Shown here: positions 10,166-19,160 of the stretch, in pieces
Layout of the letters: each line of letters starts with the position of its first letter
How positions within the stretch are numbered: the first letter of the stretch is position 1
Assembly: GCA_946613265.1 (NCBI GenBank)
Contig: CAMOFK010000006.1
Location: 1 to 58,899, forward strand
Length of the DNA stretch: 58,899 nt
Reading direction: 5' to 3'
DNA from: an uncultured Verrucomicrobiota bacterium
Lineage (GTDB): Bacteria; Verrucomicrobiota; Kiritimatiellia; RFP12; UBA1067
Translations under genes and position numbers: made by a program
The notes under the pieces: model-generated
Seen by the model: the letters and a program-made list of their open reading frames with translations, nothing else
The model's database searches: none
Told to the model about the DNA's origin: nothing

Positions 10166-11392
10166 CTATTCGTATCTCAGGCAATCTATCGGGTTGAGCT
10201 TCGATGCACGCCACGCCGGATAGAAGCCGAAGAACATTCCGACGACGGCTGAAAACAAGAATGCGTACAGCGTGGATGCCGTCTGTATCAATATCGGCCA
10301 GTCTTTCAATGCGCCTATCGCGTACGACGCGCCGATCCCGACGCCGATGCCGACGGCGCCGCCGACGGTGGAGAGGACGACCGCCTCCAGCAGAAACTGC
10401 ATGAGTATGTTCGCCGGCGTAGCCCCTATCGCCATGCGCAAACCGATTTCCTTGATGCGTTCAGTGACGGATACAAGCATTATGTTCATAATGCCGATGC
10501 CGCCGACGAGAAGGGAAATCGCCGCCACGGCGGTCAGAAGCACCGTCATGAGATTAGTGACGGAGCCGATGGTGTTCATGATTTCGGTGGTGTCGCGCGT
10601 CTCGAAGTCGTCATCCTGCCAATCGGCGAGGTGATGGCGCTGGCGAAGCAGCGCGGCAATCTCCCGCTTCGCCTCCTCCAGGTCGTCCATAGACACCAGC
10701 GAGAGATTCATCATGTTGATATTGTTGAACTTCGATCGCTGCAGATACCTCTGCACGGAGGTGTAGGGCGCCATGATCACGTCGTCCTGATCCTGCCCCC
10801 AGTTGTTGGCGCCTTTCGAGCCGAGCACGCCGATCACCTTGAAAGTCATGTTCCGCAGGCGGATCGTCTTGCCTACGGGATCGTCGCCATCGAAGAGATT
10901 CGCGCGCACGGTGGTCCCGACGACGCACACGCGCGCGCTCCTGCGCTCTTCCTCCTCCGTAAAGAATCGCCCGTCGGTAATCACCCAGTTGCTGATCGAC
11001 GGCAAATCGGTGGAAACGCCCTGGACGTTCCCCATCCAATTGCGCGACGCATACATCATCTGCACGGTCGTGCGGACTTGCGGGCTGACGCCTTGCACGA
11101 GATGCGGCAGCTCTTTCTTCACGGCCTCGGCATCGCCCGCGGTCATCGTCTGGCCCTGTCCCATTCCCGTGGAAACCGCTCCCTGCCTGTGGCGCTCTGG
11201 GAATACCATCAGGAGATTGTTGCCCATAGACGATATTTGGCGCACCATCATCGTCTTAGCCCCCTGGCCGATCGCCATTACCGCGATGACCGCCGCTATG
11301 CCGACGATTATGCCCAGGCACGTCAAAAGCGAGCGCGTCTTGTTTCGCGCGATCGCCCTTCCCGCCACCTTGAATATCATCCAAAGATTCAT
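10166..11392 (-). CDS. MacB/FtsX-family ABC transporter permease (no adjacent ATPase)
   Basis: RSLLTCLGIIVGIAAVI, GGIGIMNIMLVSVTERIKEIGLRMAIGA, LNPIDCLRYE. Confidence 0.92.
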   Translation of the reverse strand: MNLWMIFKVAGRAIARNKTRSLLTCLGIIVGIAAVIAVMAIGQGAKTMMVRQISSMGNNLLMVFPERHRQGAVSTGMGQGQTMTAGDAEAVKKELPHLVQGVSPQVRTTVQMMYASRNWMGNVQGVSTDLPSISNWVITDGRFFTEEEERRSARVCVVGTTVRANLFDGDDPVGKTIRLRNMTFKVIGVLGSKGANNWGQDQDDVIMAPYTSVQRYLQRSKFNNINMMNLSLVSMDDLEEAKREIAALLRQRHHLADWQDDDFETRDTTEIMNTIGSVTNLMTVLLTAVAAISLLVGGIGIMNIMLVSVTERIKEIGLRMAIGATPANILMQFLLEAVVLSTVGGAVGIGVGIGASYAIGALKDWPILIQTASTLYAFLFSAVVGMFFGFYPAWRASKLNPIDCLRYE

Positions 11393-11401
11393 CGGCCGGA
11401 T

Positions 11402-11479
11402 ATTATACCAAAATTTCCGGCGCGCCGTCCGCGCACTTCGGCATTCGCCCGCCACTTCGCAAGCCGAATATGCTATAAT
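11402..11479. promoter_or_regulatory. Divergent extended -10 promoters
   Basis: TGGTATAAT on minus (11410-11402) and TGCTATAAT on plus (11471-11479) between divergent genes. Confidence 0.65.
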
Positions 11480-11541
11480 TCCGGCGGCAGGAGAAATTTG
11501 GATTCATTCTGCACAGGCCAAGGAAAGGAGCCATCCAGACG

Positions 11542-12327
11542 ATGACAACACTCGTAACAGGCGCATCGAGCGGCATAGGCGAAGCGCTTGCGCTTGAATC
11601 CGCCAGGCGCGGCGGCACGCTTTTCCTCTGCGGAAGAAACCGCGAGAGGCTTGAAAACGTCGCCAACGCCTGCCGCGCGGCAGGCGCGCGCGTCTGGGCG
11701 GAAACCGTGGATATCCGCGACGACGACGCCGTGCGCGATTGGATGGAGCGCGCCAACGCCATTTCGCCGCTTGAAAGAGTGTTTTCCAACGCCGGCGTCG
11801 CGACTGGCGAAGAGACGGACGCCAACGTCCGCGAGACTTTCGCCGTTAATGTCACCGGCAATGTGAACGTCGTGCTAGCCGCGCTGGAAATCTTCAGACG
11901 CCGCGGAAGCGGCGGATTGCGTCAAATTCTGATCACGGCATCGATAGCCGGCTACGGACCGCTTTCGACCTGCCCTTCGTACAGCGCTACGAAAGCATGC
12001 ATGAAGACCTGGGCGCTGGCGCTGCGCGGCTTGGTCGCGCCGGAAGGCATATCCGTCTCGGCGATTTGCCCTGGCTTCGTCCGTTCGAGGATAACCGACC
12101 GCAATACATGCCCCATGCCGTTTTTCATGGAAGCCGGCGAAGCGGCGAAGATTATTCTCGAAGGCGCAGCGGCGAATGCCGGCCTCATCGCTTTCCCATG
12201 GCCGATGCGCTTTGCGTCCTGGCTTCTATCCATTCTCCCGTTCCGGCTGAATGAATTCTTTGGCCGCTTCCTCCCCGCCAAGACGAAACATTCGCAAGCG
12301 GCTGCGGACGAACCAAGGAAAGTTTGA
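11542..12327 (+). CDS. Short-chain dehydrogenase/reductase
   Basis: TGASSGIG, NAG, YSATK (YxxxK), PGFVRS; RBS AAGGAG. Confidence 0.92.
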   Translation: MTTLVTGASSGIGEALALESARRGGTLFLCGRNRERLENVANACRAAGARVWAETVDIRDDDAVRDWMERANAISPLERVFSNAGVATGEETDANVRETFAVNVTGNVNVVLAALEIFRRRGSGGLRQILITASIAGYGPLSTCPSYSATKACMKTWALALRGLVAPEGISVSAICPGFVRSRITDRNTCPMPFFMEAGEAAKIILEGAAANAGLIAFPWPMRFASWLLSILPFRLNEFFGRFLPAKTKHSQAAADEPRKV

Positions 12328-12394
12328 AGGCGATACTGTCGCCCGACGACAAATATCGCTGCCGAAGTCCGCAACGGCCTTGCCCATCGGCGGC

Positions 12395-13498
12395 TCAACC
12401 GCCGGACTCGCCGCCAGTCGATTCGCGGACGACGAGTTCGGCTTCGAGGAATATCTTGCGCGGCGGAAGCAGCGGGGTCTTCATGCGCTCCATGAGCGTC
12501 CTGAAAGCCGTGGAGGCAAGCTCGCGGCACGGCTGCCTCATGGATGTAAGGCGGGGCTTCATCCTCGCCGCTTCCCGCACATCGTCGAAGCCTGCGAGCA
12601 GAACGTCGCCGGGAATGCGCACATGAAGCTTCTTGAGCGTTTTCGCCAGCATCGAGGCGGCGATGTCGTTCGAGCAGACGATAGCGTCCGGGCGAAACTC
12701 TTCAAGCGCGGACGCAATCGCATCGGCATCATCAGGCTCGGCTATGATCGTGTCGCAACGCCCTCGCAAGGAAACGCGGCGGGTTTCCGCGTCCACGCCG
12801 GCGAAGCGCGTGCGGACGCTGTCTGCGCACAACCGCCTCAAAAGGCAGCATATGCGCCGCGCGCCTGCTTCAAGAAGATGGGCCGCCAGTTTCCGCCCGG
12901 CGTTGAAGTTGTCTATCGACACGACATCATAAGCGCTGCGCATTGGCGGCGGGACAATATCGTAATCGACCAGCACTACGGGAATATGCGCCTTGGCCAG
13001 CATATTCGAGATGATGGCGTTCAAGGCATCGGCATTGTCGGAGAATCCCACCGGCTGCATGATAACGCCCGCAACGCCCAGCGCGACGAAATGCCGGGCG
13101 AGATTCTCCGCCTGACGATCCCTCTTGCTGTGATTCACCGCGAACATGTCGCCGACGACGAGTTCCATTCCCGCTTCCCGGCAGTTGTCCACAAGGCCCT
13201 CCATGACGGCCGCAAAGAAGTCGGAATCGGCCGTTCCGGGGATCGCGAGGCCTATCTTGCGGTTCCTCTGCAAAACGAACGTCCTGGAACCCTTTATGGA
13301 ATCGACGAGGCCCAGACGCTTCAACTCGGCGACGCTGCGCACGGCGCTAGGGCGCGACACGCCGAAACGTTGCATGAGCTTTGTGAGGCTCGGGAACGAG
13401 TCGGGCTTCGCATAAACACCCGCGCTGATTTCCTTGCACAATGTCGAGACTATCGACATGTAATCCGGGGCGTCCATCCGCGCTGCGCCTTTCTTCAT
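12395..13498 (-). CDS. GntR-HTH / LacI-type sugar-binding transcriptional regulator (AraR-like)
   Basis: N-terminal GntR wHTH (FGVSRPS); C-terminal periplasmic-binding fold (DNFNAG, CSND, GFDD, LTSMRQP). Confidence 0.85.
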   Translation of the reverse strand: MKKGAARMDAPDYMSIVSTLCKEISAGVYAKPDSFPSLTKLMQRFGVSRPSAVRSVAELKRLGLVDSIKGSRTFVLQRNRKIGLAIPGTADSDFFAAVMEGLVDNCREAGMELVVGDMFAVNHSKRDRQAENLARHFVALGVAGVIMQPVGFSDNADALNAIISNMLAKAHIPVVLVDYDIVPPPMRSAYDVVSIDNFNAGRKLAAHLLEAGARRICCLLRRLCADSVRTRFAGVDAETRRVSLRGRCDTIIAEPDDADAIASALEEFRPDAIVCSNDIAASMLAKTLKKLHVRIPGDVLLAGFDDVREAARMKPRLTSMRQPCRELASTAFRTLMERMKTPLLPPRKIFLEAELVVRESTGGESGG

Positions 13499-13556
13499 AG
13501 CGATCGACCTTTCTCGAGAGACGGTTCCCGCGTCCGGCAAGCCGGCAACGAATGCA

Positions 13557-14459
13557 TCATTCGAAAGCTATCTCCGCGACGACGGGGAAATGATCGCTTG
13601 GATACGCTTTCACGCCTGGCCGCGCATCCGGCAGCGTGCGATATGCAAGGACGTGCGTTCCGGGCGATACGAAAACGTAATCGATTCTTTTCGCGTCGGG
13701 TGCCGTTTTGCCGGCCATGTCGAGCTTGAGCGCTTCGGAGATCGTCAGTTCTTTTTCGAGGCGCTTCCAACCGTTGAATGTTCGCCACGACCCTTCCGGC
13801 GGAGTCTCGGAAATGTAGAGCGCATCCTTGAGTTTTGAGGCGGCGGCGAGCGCGGGCCTTTCATTTTCCAGGCAGTTGAAATCCCCCGTAAGCACTACGG
13901 GCGCGCCATCGCCGAAATCTTCCATGCGCTCTATTACGAGAAGCATGCCTTTCTCCCTGGCCTCTTCGCTCTTGTGATCGGTGTGCGTATTGGCGAAGCA
14001 AAACTTCTTGCCCGTTTTGCCGTCGCGAAGCACGGCGTACGAGCATATTCGCGGATATGCCGCATTCCACGACTTGCTTCCTGGCTCGTCCGGAGTCTCG
14101 GAAAGCCAGAACGTCCCGCTCTTCGCCGCCGAAAATCTCTCCTTCTTGAACGCTATCGGGGAAGCCTCGCCGCTCGCGCGGTCTTTGTTTCTGAATTCGC
14201 CGACGAAAACGTATTCCGGGAAACGCGCCTTCAAGAATTCCATTTGCTCCGGCAGCACTTCCTGAAACCCGATGACGTCGGGAGCGGCATTCTCGATCAG
14301 GTCCGCGAAATCCGCCTTGCGCGCATCCCAATTCAAGACTGTAGAAGCCGCGTCTTTCGCGGAATTGCGGATGTTGTATGTCATCACGCGCACAGGCGGC
14401 GCAGCTCCCGCTTCAAGCGCGAGCGTGACGGCGAGGAATGCTGTAAAGCGGAATGCCAT
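13557..14459 (-). CDS. Secreted endonuclease/exonuclease/phosphatase (EEP) family protein
   Basis: Signal peptide; MTYNIR, GFQEV, FWLSETP, NTH, GDFN, RIDY, SDH motifs. Confidence 0.9.
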   Translation of the reverse strand: MAFRFTAFLAVTLALEAGAAPPVRVMTYNIRNSAKDAASTVLNWDARKADFADLIENAAPDVIGFQEVLPEQMEFLKARFPEYVFVGEFRNKDRASGEASPIAFKKERFSAAKSGTFWLSETPDEPGSKSWNAAYPRICSYAVLRDGKTGKKFCFANTHTDHKSEEAREKGMLLVIERMEDFGDGAPVVLTGDFNCLENERPALAAASKLKDALYISETPPEGSWRTFNGWKRLEKELTISEALKLDMAGKTAPDAKRIDYVFVSPGTHVLAYRTLPDARPGVKAYPSDHFPVVAEIAFE

Positions 14460-14499
14460 TTGCGATCTTCCATGCTTGGTTGTATTTCTTCGCCGCCGC

Positions 14500-15810
14500 T
14501 CACGGCAGCGCCTTCCTCGAACGCCACCCGGCGGCAAGCGTCAGAATGACGGACAGCACCGCCATCCCGATCCAGAACACTGCGATCCAGTCCAGCGTAT
14601 AACCGTTCGCGAATGTGTGGCCTGCGAGTGTAGCCGTGCCGTCGTCGGCACGTTCAACTAGATAGCCGGATATTATCGACTGCATCCCCGCGCCGATGTA
14701 GTTGCCCATGCCGGCGATGCCCAGCGCGGCTCCTGCGGCGCATTTCGGCACGAGATCCACCGCCATAAGCCCGCCGAGAAACGTGAGCAGAATGCCGACT
14801 GCCAGCCCGAAGAGAACCATCGCCGTCATATCGAGGAAAGGATGGCGGCCGGGAATCAACATAAAGAGCGAAAGCGCCGTGACGTTCATTGCGCCTGCCA
14901 GTATCGCAAGCTCGCGCCTGCTCGACTTGAAGAATCTGTCGGAAATGATGCCCGAGAGCGCCGACGAAACCGCGCCAACCACCGAGTTTATCGACACGAC
15001 TGCAGCAGCGCCGGCCTCGCTGTAGCCTTTCTTCACTTGCAAAAAGAACATCCCCCAGTCGATCACCGCATAGCGGCTCGCCGCGAAAAAGCCGCCGGCG
15101 AGCGCGATGAGCCACACGGCGGACGACGCAAGCGCGATGCGCTGCCCGCCGGAAGTATCGACCTTCGCTTCGGCCGCATCAACCGGAACAGGCGGCAACC
15201 CTTCGTCCTCCGGAGAGTTGCCGAAGAACAGCCATGCTGCCGAAATGCCGACGAGTCCGAAAGCCGCTGCGCCCCAGAAACAGCTCTTCCACGCCCAGTC
15301 GGGACCGAACGCCTTGCCCACCCAAACGACTATGCCTGCCGAGAGGACATACGCCAGCACTTCGCCGAGATTGTTCGAGCAGCTCCATATGCCGTAATAC
15401 GTGCCGCGTTTCTCCTTGGGCCACCAGCGCGAAAGCGCCACGACGCAGCACGGCGCGCCGGACGCTTGCGCGAACCCGTTCACGAACCAGACGACAGCCA
15501 GCATCAGCGCGGGTATGTGGAAGCCGACAAGAAGATTCGCAAGCGCCGAAACGAAAAGGCCGAGCATGATGTACTTCTTCACGTTCACCCTGTCGGCGAT
15601 GAAACCGTTCACGATTTTGCCGATCGCGTACGCGAAAAGCATTGCCGACCCCACATAGCCTATTTCGGTCGGCGAATAGGCCCCCTGCTCGATCATCCCC
15701 TTCTTCGACGCCGAAAACGCAAGGCGGCAGACGTAGAATATCGCATAGACGAACAGCATCGCGCCGACCTGCCGGGCGCGTGCAAGCATGTATCTTTTTT
15801 CAATGTCCAT
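14500..15810 (-). CDS. MFS organophosphate:Pi antiporter (GlpT/UhpT family)
   Basis: YVCR, GKIVNGFIADR, RWWPKEKRG, DWGMFFLQ, DLVPKxAAGAA motifs; about 12 TM. Confidence 0.85.
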   Translation of the reverse strand: MDIEKRYMLARARQVGAMLFVYAIFYVCRLAFSASKKGMIEQGAYSPTEIGYVGSAMLFAYAIGKIVNGFIADRVNVKKYIMLGLFVSALANLLVGFHIPALMLAVVWFVNGFAQASGAPCCVVALSRWWPKEKRGTYYGIWSCSNNLGEVLAYVLSAGIVVWVGKAFGPDWAWKSCFWGAAAFGLVGISAAWLFFGNSPEDEGLPPVPVDAAEAKVDTSGGQRIALASSAVWLIALAGGFFAASRYAVIDWGMFFLQVKKGYSEAGAAAVVSINSVVGAVSSALSGIISDRFFKSSRRELAILAGAMNVTALSLFMLIPGRHPFLDMTAMVLFGLAVGILLTFLGGLMAVDLVPKCAAGAALGIAGMGNYIGAGMQSIISGYLVERADDGTATLAGHTFANGYTLDWIAVFWIGMAVLSVILTLAAGWRSRKALP

Positions 15811-15811
15811 A

Positions 15812-18580
15812 TCAATGTGCTCCTCCCGCTTTCTTGAACTTCGCAGCGAAGCCGCCGCCGCGCGCAAGGCGGACCTTCAGCGTTTCGCCAGGCTTTATCG
15901 TGAACACGCGGCGGACGTAATGCTCGGCGTTCACGCCGGAATCTGCGGCGTCTTCGAACGCTTCGACTTTCCATTCGCCGGCGCCGAGGAACGCCGTAGG
16001 CAGTTCGAGTTCGCGCGCATCCCAGTTTGTGATCGCGCCGAGCCACCATTCGCCCCCTTTGCGCCGCGCCACTGCGGCGAACTTGCCGATTTCCCCCGCG
16101 ACGCCTCGCGTCTCGTCCCAGACGGTCGGCACGCCGACGATGAACGCGGTGCATTCAGGCTCGGTGCGGTATTGCGTCGGCGAATCGCATAGCATCTGCA
16201 CCGGCGCCTCGAACATCGGGAATAGCGCGAGCTGGTGGCAGCGCGTGCCGTAGCAGGCGCGCACGTCTTTCCCTTTGACGAACGGCGGCGCATCGAAAGC
16301 GCGGTTGCGCATCGCGCCGGGCGTGTAGTCCATGAAGCCAGCGACCATGCGAGTATAGACCAGATTGACGTCATTGGAGACGACGACTTTCCGGCCGCCT
16401 ATGCTGCCGCCTTGCTCCAGCCCGTACACGCCCTCGTAGTTGAGGATGTTCGGATACGTGCGCTGGAGTCCCGTCGGTTTGTGTATGCCGTGATACAAAA
16501 CGACGAGATTCCTGCGCGCGGCATCCGCGGCAGCCTCTTCGAGGAATCTTTCGGCTGCTTGATCGTCGCGCTCGATGAAGTCGATCTTGAACCCCTTCGC
16601 GCCCATGGCGGCGTAGCGTTCGAATACGCGCAGCCGCCTCTCGCGGTCGCAGAGCGGCGCCCATGCCGCCCAGAGAATGACGCCGACGCCTTTCTCGTTG
16701 GCGTAGGCGATAACGCCGGGGACGTTAACCTCGTCGCGCATCTTTTCAGGATCGAGCTTTTCGGCCCATCCCTCGTCCATGATAATGTATTCAATGCCGT
16801 TGGCGGCGGCGAAATCGACATACGCCTTGTAAGTCTCGTAATTGCAGCCAGTCTCGAGATTCGGGACGTCGGTGATCTGGAATCCGTTCCACCAGTCCCA
16901 TGCCACCTGGCCAGGCTTCACCCACGACGCATCGGCAATGCGGCTGGGTTCTGCAAGCGCATAGACGATGTCGCTTTCGACGAGGGCAGAAGGAGTATCG
17001 CCAAGGACGAACACTCTCCACGGGAACGGCCGCGCGCCTTTCGTCTTTGCAAGATACGGCTCGCGGCTCGCCACCTTGATTTTGCGCCGCCCGGCGTCAA
17101 GTTCTTTTGGAACGCCCGCCTGCCACGAACGCAGGACGTCTTTATCGCTGCCGCGCCGGTAGAAGTTCAGCCCAGGATAGTCGCGAAGGTCGGATTCCGC
17201 GACCGTGACTGCTCCAGCGCCGGGAACGGTCGCGGTGAACGGCGTCATCACGATCTGCGGATGCCCGGCCGGAACGCTCTCTACCGGGCCGGTCTGCGCG
17301 GGCTTCTCCCAGCCGGACATGAAGCTGGGCGCCACCGTGTAGCAAAGTTCCGTTCCCTTCGGGAAGCGCACGGCGGTGTTCTCGGCCTTGACGACGATTT
17401 CGCCGCCGAACTCCGTCTCGAAACGCCACGCCACGCCATCGTCGCGCGCGACAAGACGAACCGACCAGTCGCCGAAAGAGACAAGCGTTTCGTTGTGCGC
17501 TAGGTCGATTTCCGCTTTCTTGTAGAGCGGCGTCGCGAGTTTCCCCTTCCTCTTTCCCAGTATCGCGTTCTGTGTCGCGCCTGCGCCGTTCAAGACTCCG
17601 CGGCCTTCGATTTCGAGAGAAAACCGCGTCGGCGCCACGACCGCCTTGCCGCGCCGCCAGACGGAATACGCCATGCCCTTGGCTCCGACTTCGAGCCGCA
17701 ACTCGTTCAATCCATCCGGCGAAACGGCCGTGAAAATTCCGCCGCGCGCCGCCTCTGCGCGCGCGACAGACGGGACGAAAGGAACGCTCGACGGCTCCCT
17801 GAAAAAGCCGGCGAGCGCAAGCTTCTGTCTGTTCGCCATTTCGACCGCCGCCTTGGCATAGAAGAATGCGCCAGCGTCGCGGATGTGCGCGGGGTCGTTC
17901 TTGCCGTCGGGGAAATTCGCGTATTCGCCGGGCTTCAGGAACATATAGAGGCTCTTCGCCTTCTCCATGCCGAGCCCCGGCAGATTCTCCTCCGCGTAGC
18001 GGTTGAGATCGAGAAGCGGCGCGCCGGCTTCTTCGGCGATCTCGCGCATGGCCGAGACGTACGGCGCAAGGCCTTTCGCGCCGCCGTCCACAGTCATCGC
18101 GCCATCCTTCTCGTTGAAGCCGGACGAATGCGCAATGGATGTGGCGAATGCGATGTTCGCGCCTTTCGACTTTGCGTCCGCGGCAAATCCCTTTAGGAAC
18201 TCTTTGTATTCGCCAGGGGTGGAATAATCGTTCTTCGGCGGCTTGTCGCGCTTTTTGTTCATGTCGTTGTGTCCGAACGAGACGATTACCCAATCGCCCG
18301 GATTCAGCTTCGACGCTATGCATTTCTCCCAGCGGCCGGACTCGCGGAAGCGCCGTGCGCTCCATCCGCAACGGGCGAAGTTTTGCAGGCGCGCGGGCTC
18401 TTTCATGAACGCCCTTAGCGCCTGGCCCCAACCATACTGCGGGAAATCATCCGGCTTGTAGTCCGCCATGGTGGAATCGCCGGCCATGTATAATCGCGGT
18501 TGCGGAGCGGCCGCGAATGCGGCGGCGGACATTCCAGCCAATATCGCCGCAGCGAGCGAAGTTTTAAAGAAACGATTCAT
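15812..18580 (-). CDS. Secreted SGNH/GDSL esterase (rhamnogalacturonan acetylesterase-like) fused to GH97 glycoside hydrolase
   Basis: GDSTM, GWGQ, FGHND, DxxH in the N-terminal part; SPDG, WVKPGQVAWDWW, DEGW, GFKIDF, EGVYGLE, DYTPG in the C-terminal part. Confidence 0.9.
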   Translation of the reverse strand: MNRFFKTSLAAAILAGMSAAAFAAAPQPRLYMAGDSTMADYKPDDFPQYGWGQALRAFMKEPARLQNFARCGWSARRFRESGRWEKCIASKLNPGDWVIVSFGHNDMNKKRDKPPKNDYSTPGEYKEFLKGFAADAKSKGANIAFATSIAHSSGFNEKDGAMTVDGGAKGLAPYVSAMREIAEEAGAPLLDLNRYAEENLPGLGMEKAKSLYMFLKPGEYANFPDGKNDPAHIRDAGAFFYAKAAVEMANRQKLALAGFFREPSSVPFVPSVARAEAARGGIFTAVSPDGLNELRLEVGAKGMAYSVWRRGKAVVAPTRFSLEIEGRGVLNGAGATQNAILGKRKGKLATPLYKKAEIDLAHNETLVSFGDWSVRLVARDDGVAWRFETEFGGEIVVKAENTAVRFPKGTELCYTVAPSFMSGWEKPAQTGPVESVPAGHPQIVMTPFTATVPGAGAVTVAESDLRDYPGLNFYRRGSDKDVLRSWQAGVPKELDAGRRKIKVASREPYLAKTKGARPFPWRVFVLGDTPSALVESDIVYALAEPSRIADASWVKPGQVAWDWWNGFQITDVPNLETGCNYETYKAYVDFAAANGIEYIIMDEGWAEKLDPEKMRDEVNVPGVIAYANEKGVGVILWAAWAPLCDRERRLRVFERYAAMGAKGFKIDFIERDDQAAERFLEEAAADAARRNLVVLYHGIHKPTGLQRTYPNILNYEGVYGLEQGGSIGGRKVVVSNDVNLVYTRMVAGFMDYTPGAMRNRAFDAPPFVKGKDVRACYGTRCHQLALFPMFEAPVQMLCDSPTQYRTEPECTAFIVGVPTVWDETRGVAGEIGKFAAVARRKGGEWWLGAITNWDARELELPTAFLGAGEWKVEAFEDAADSGVNAEHYVRRVFTIKPGETLKVRLARGGGFAAKFKKAGGAH

Positions 18581-18630
18581 GGTGCATTCTCTTCCTGTGA
18601 TTCGCCGGCCTCTAGAGGCGGCGCGGTAAT

Positions 18631-18639
18631 AGTATAGCA
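18631..18639 (-). promoter_or_regulatory. Extended -10 promoter (TGCTATACT)
   Basis: About 50 nt upstream of the esterase-GH97 start. Confidence 0.5.
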
Positions 18640-18678
18640 AATATCGCGATTACGCGGCATTCTGGTTTTTACCGCTTT

Positions 18679-19063
18679 TCACGCCTTGAAAAAAGTCGCA
18701 ATCGCTTTGCCTTTCGTGCCGAGCGAGCTGATTGGGCGCGCGGCGATGGTAAGCTTCTTCCCGGCCGGAAGCTCGGAAACCGGGATTTCGATCTCCGTAA
18801 TGCCGTGATTCGGCTCATGGCCGACGCCGAGGTTGGCGCCTTCGAAGAATACGTTCTTGAAGAGCCGCGCCTTCGGATCGTCGCCGACTGCTACTATATT
18901 GTAGGCATAGACGCGCGAATCGGGGTTGCCGTCCGCCATCGGGATTTTGACAACCAGCGCCTTCGCCTTTTTCGCGACCGCCAACTTGGCTTTCTTGCCG
19001 AACTGCGGCGCACACGTGGAGCCGCACCGCCCAGTCGCCGAAATAGACCTTTGTCTCGTTCGC
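18679..19063 (-). pseudogene. Chimeric remnant: GH97 fragment joined out of frame to a metallophosphoesterase C-terminal domain
   Basis: NETKVYFGDWAVRL matches GH97 NETLVSFGDWSVRL; PQFGKKAKL...KIPMADGNPDSRVYAY...SSLGTKGK matches the C-terminus of 21482-22999. Confidence 0.75.
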
Positions 19064-19160
19064 CGCGACGCAATTCACAGCAAAGATCGGTCAGCTAGTG
19101 TACACAGCGCGCCAATCCATCAGCCGCAGGCTGTAAATCCAGCCGCATTCGCGGCGGATT

